This document shows positions 62,992-64,000 of a stretch of DNA of 64,000 nucleotides, one piece after another. Below the pieces are notes generated by a model, which worked only from the letters and a program-made list of their open reading frames with translations, had not been told where the DNA came from and did no database searches. Origin of the DNA: Candidatus Moranbacteria bacterium GW2011_GWE2_35_2- (GTDB lineage: Bacteria; Patescibacteriota; Minisyncoccia; Moranbacterales; UBA9337); contig LBQD01000004.1 in NCBI GenBank assembly GCA_000990585.1, positions 41,707 to 105,706 of the forward strand. Direction: 5' to 3'. A program made the position numbers and the translations under genes. Numbering within the stretch: position 1 is the stretch's first letter; every line of letters starts with the position of its first letter.

Positions 62992-63561
62992 ATGATAGCG
63001 AAATTGAGGGGAAAAATTGAATATTTGCGGGGAAATTATGCGGTTGTTGATGTGGGCGGGGTGGGATATAAAGTTTTTGTAACTGATTATGTTTTTGGAA
63101 AATTGGCATCAATGAGTGAAGTGGATCTATTTATTCATACACACATTCGTGAAGATGAAATGTCACTCTATGGATTTTTGGTTTTGGATGAATTGGAGAT
63201 GTTCGAACTTTTGATTTCTATTTCCGGAATCGGACCCAAAGCGGCGAAGGGAATTTTGTCTATTGCTGATCCGAAGACTATTCGCACGGCAATTCTTAAT
63301 AATGATTCTTCAATTCTCACGAAAGTTTCCGGAGTGGGGAAAAAGACTGCCGAGAGGGTTATTCTGGAACTCAAAAATAAAGTGGCGGATATGCCGGATG
63401 CGGACAAGAAAGAGGTGGTGGCGGACGGCGATACTTTGGAAGCACTGGTGGCGATGGGATATTCCGTCGCGGAAGCGCGCGAGGCTCTCAAATCAATCCC
63501 GATGGATATTTCTGATGTTGGAGAAAGAATAAAATTTGCCTTAAGAAATATCGGGAGGTAG
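62992..63561 (+). CDS. ruvA: Holliday junction DNA-binding subunit RuvA
   Basis: GVGY, RED...LYGF, GIGPK and GVGKKTAER motifs. Confidence 0.96.
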   Translation: MIAKLRGKIEYLRGNYAVVDVGGVGYKVFVTDYVFGKLASMSEVDLFIHTHIREDEMSLYGFLVLDELEMFELLISISGIGPKAAKGILSIADPKTIRTAILNNDSSILTKVSGVGKKTAERVILELKNKVADMPDADKKEVVADGDTLEALVAMGYSVAEAREALKSIPMDISDVGERIKFALRNIGR

Positions 63562-63588
63562 TTTTTATAGTATAAATTTTTTAAAAAT

Positions 63589-64000
63589 ATGGATTTTTTG
63601 CAGTCGGAAGATTGGCGAAAGTTTCAAGAAAGCGTTGGACGCAGAACTTTCGAAATTTCTTCGGGAGATTTTAATGCCAGTATAATAGAACATAAATTGC
63701 CGATAGTCGGCAATTATTTTTACGCGCCGCGAGGTTTTGTCATTCCCGCGGAGGCGGGAATCCATGATGCTGGTTGTAAATTTCTAATCAAAGATATTTT
63801 TAATTTGGCAAAAAAAGAAAAAGTAAATTGGATAAGATTTGATGCGGAAAATAAGGATGTTTTAAAAATAATGAAAGAATGCGGATTAAAAGTTGAAAAG
63901 GCTCCGCATGATATGCAACCGCGGCAGACTTTTGTAATTGATATTTCAAAGCCGGAAGAAGAATTACTAGAGGAAATGAAAAGCAAGACAAGATACAACA
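63589..64000 (+). CDS. FemABX family peptidyltransferase, 3'-truncated, not in the ORF track
   Basis: Hand translation MDFLQSEDW...Y.PRG...QPRQT..ID.....EELL..MK.KTRYN. Confidence 0.85.
   Translation, partial: MDFLQSEDWRKFQESVGRRTFEISSGDFNASIIEHKLPIVGNYFYAPRGFVIPAEAGIHDAGCKFLIKDIFNLAKKEKVNWIRFDAENKDVLKIMKECGLKVEKAPHDMQPRQTFVIDISKPEEELLEEMKSKTRYN
63739..63764. repeat. GTCATTCCCGCGGAGGCGGGAATCCA palindrome, in frame within the femABX gene
   Basis: Encodes VIPAEAGIH; same arms as 13277-13322. Confidence 0.75.

Overview
AT-rich chromosomal segment using genetic code 11 (TGA is a stop, e.g. tatD and rlmN). Gene content and style suggest a Patescibacteria/CPR bacterium, probably Parcubacteria and Moranbacteria-like; this is inference, not a database match. 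Most genes are on the + strand. Core genes: uvrC/uvrA, gyrB, glyQS, metG, leuS, a full F1Fo atp operon, dxs, polA, mutM, holA, rpsT, ruvA and several tRNA/rRNA modification enzymes. Highlights: (1) a c-di-GMP-II-like riboswitch with an overlapping terminator ahead of a SipW/TasA-like fibre operon; (2) an atypical T-box with an ultrashort Stem I whose Gly specifier (GGA) and UGGA bulge match the tRNA-Gly(UCC) in the window, separated from glyQS by an antisense gene; (3) a head-to-head Elp3 plus Trm9-like pair near that tRNA; (4) an orphan DGR-target-like gene; (5) a PaaX/Cas2-like gene bracketed by 37-bp inverted sites; (6) widespread frame-preserving 7-nt-period repeat arrays and small GC-rich palindromes inside genes and tRNA fragments. 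No CRISPR array, rRNA, transposase or prophage was seen. All calls were made by eye.
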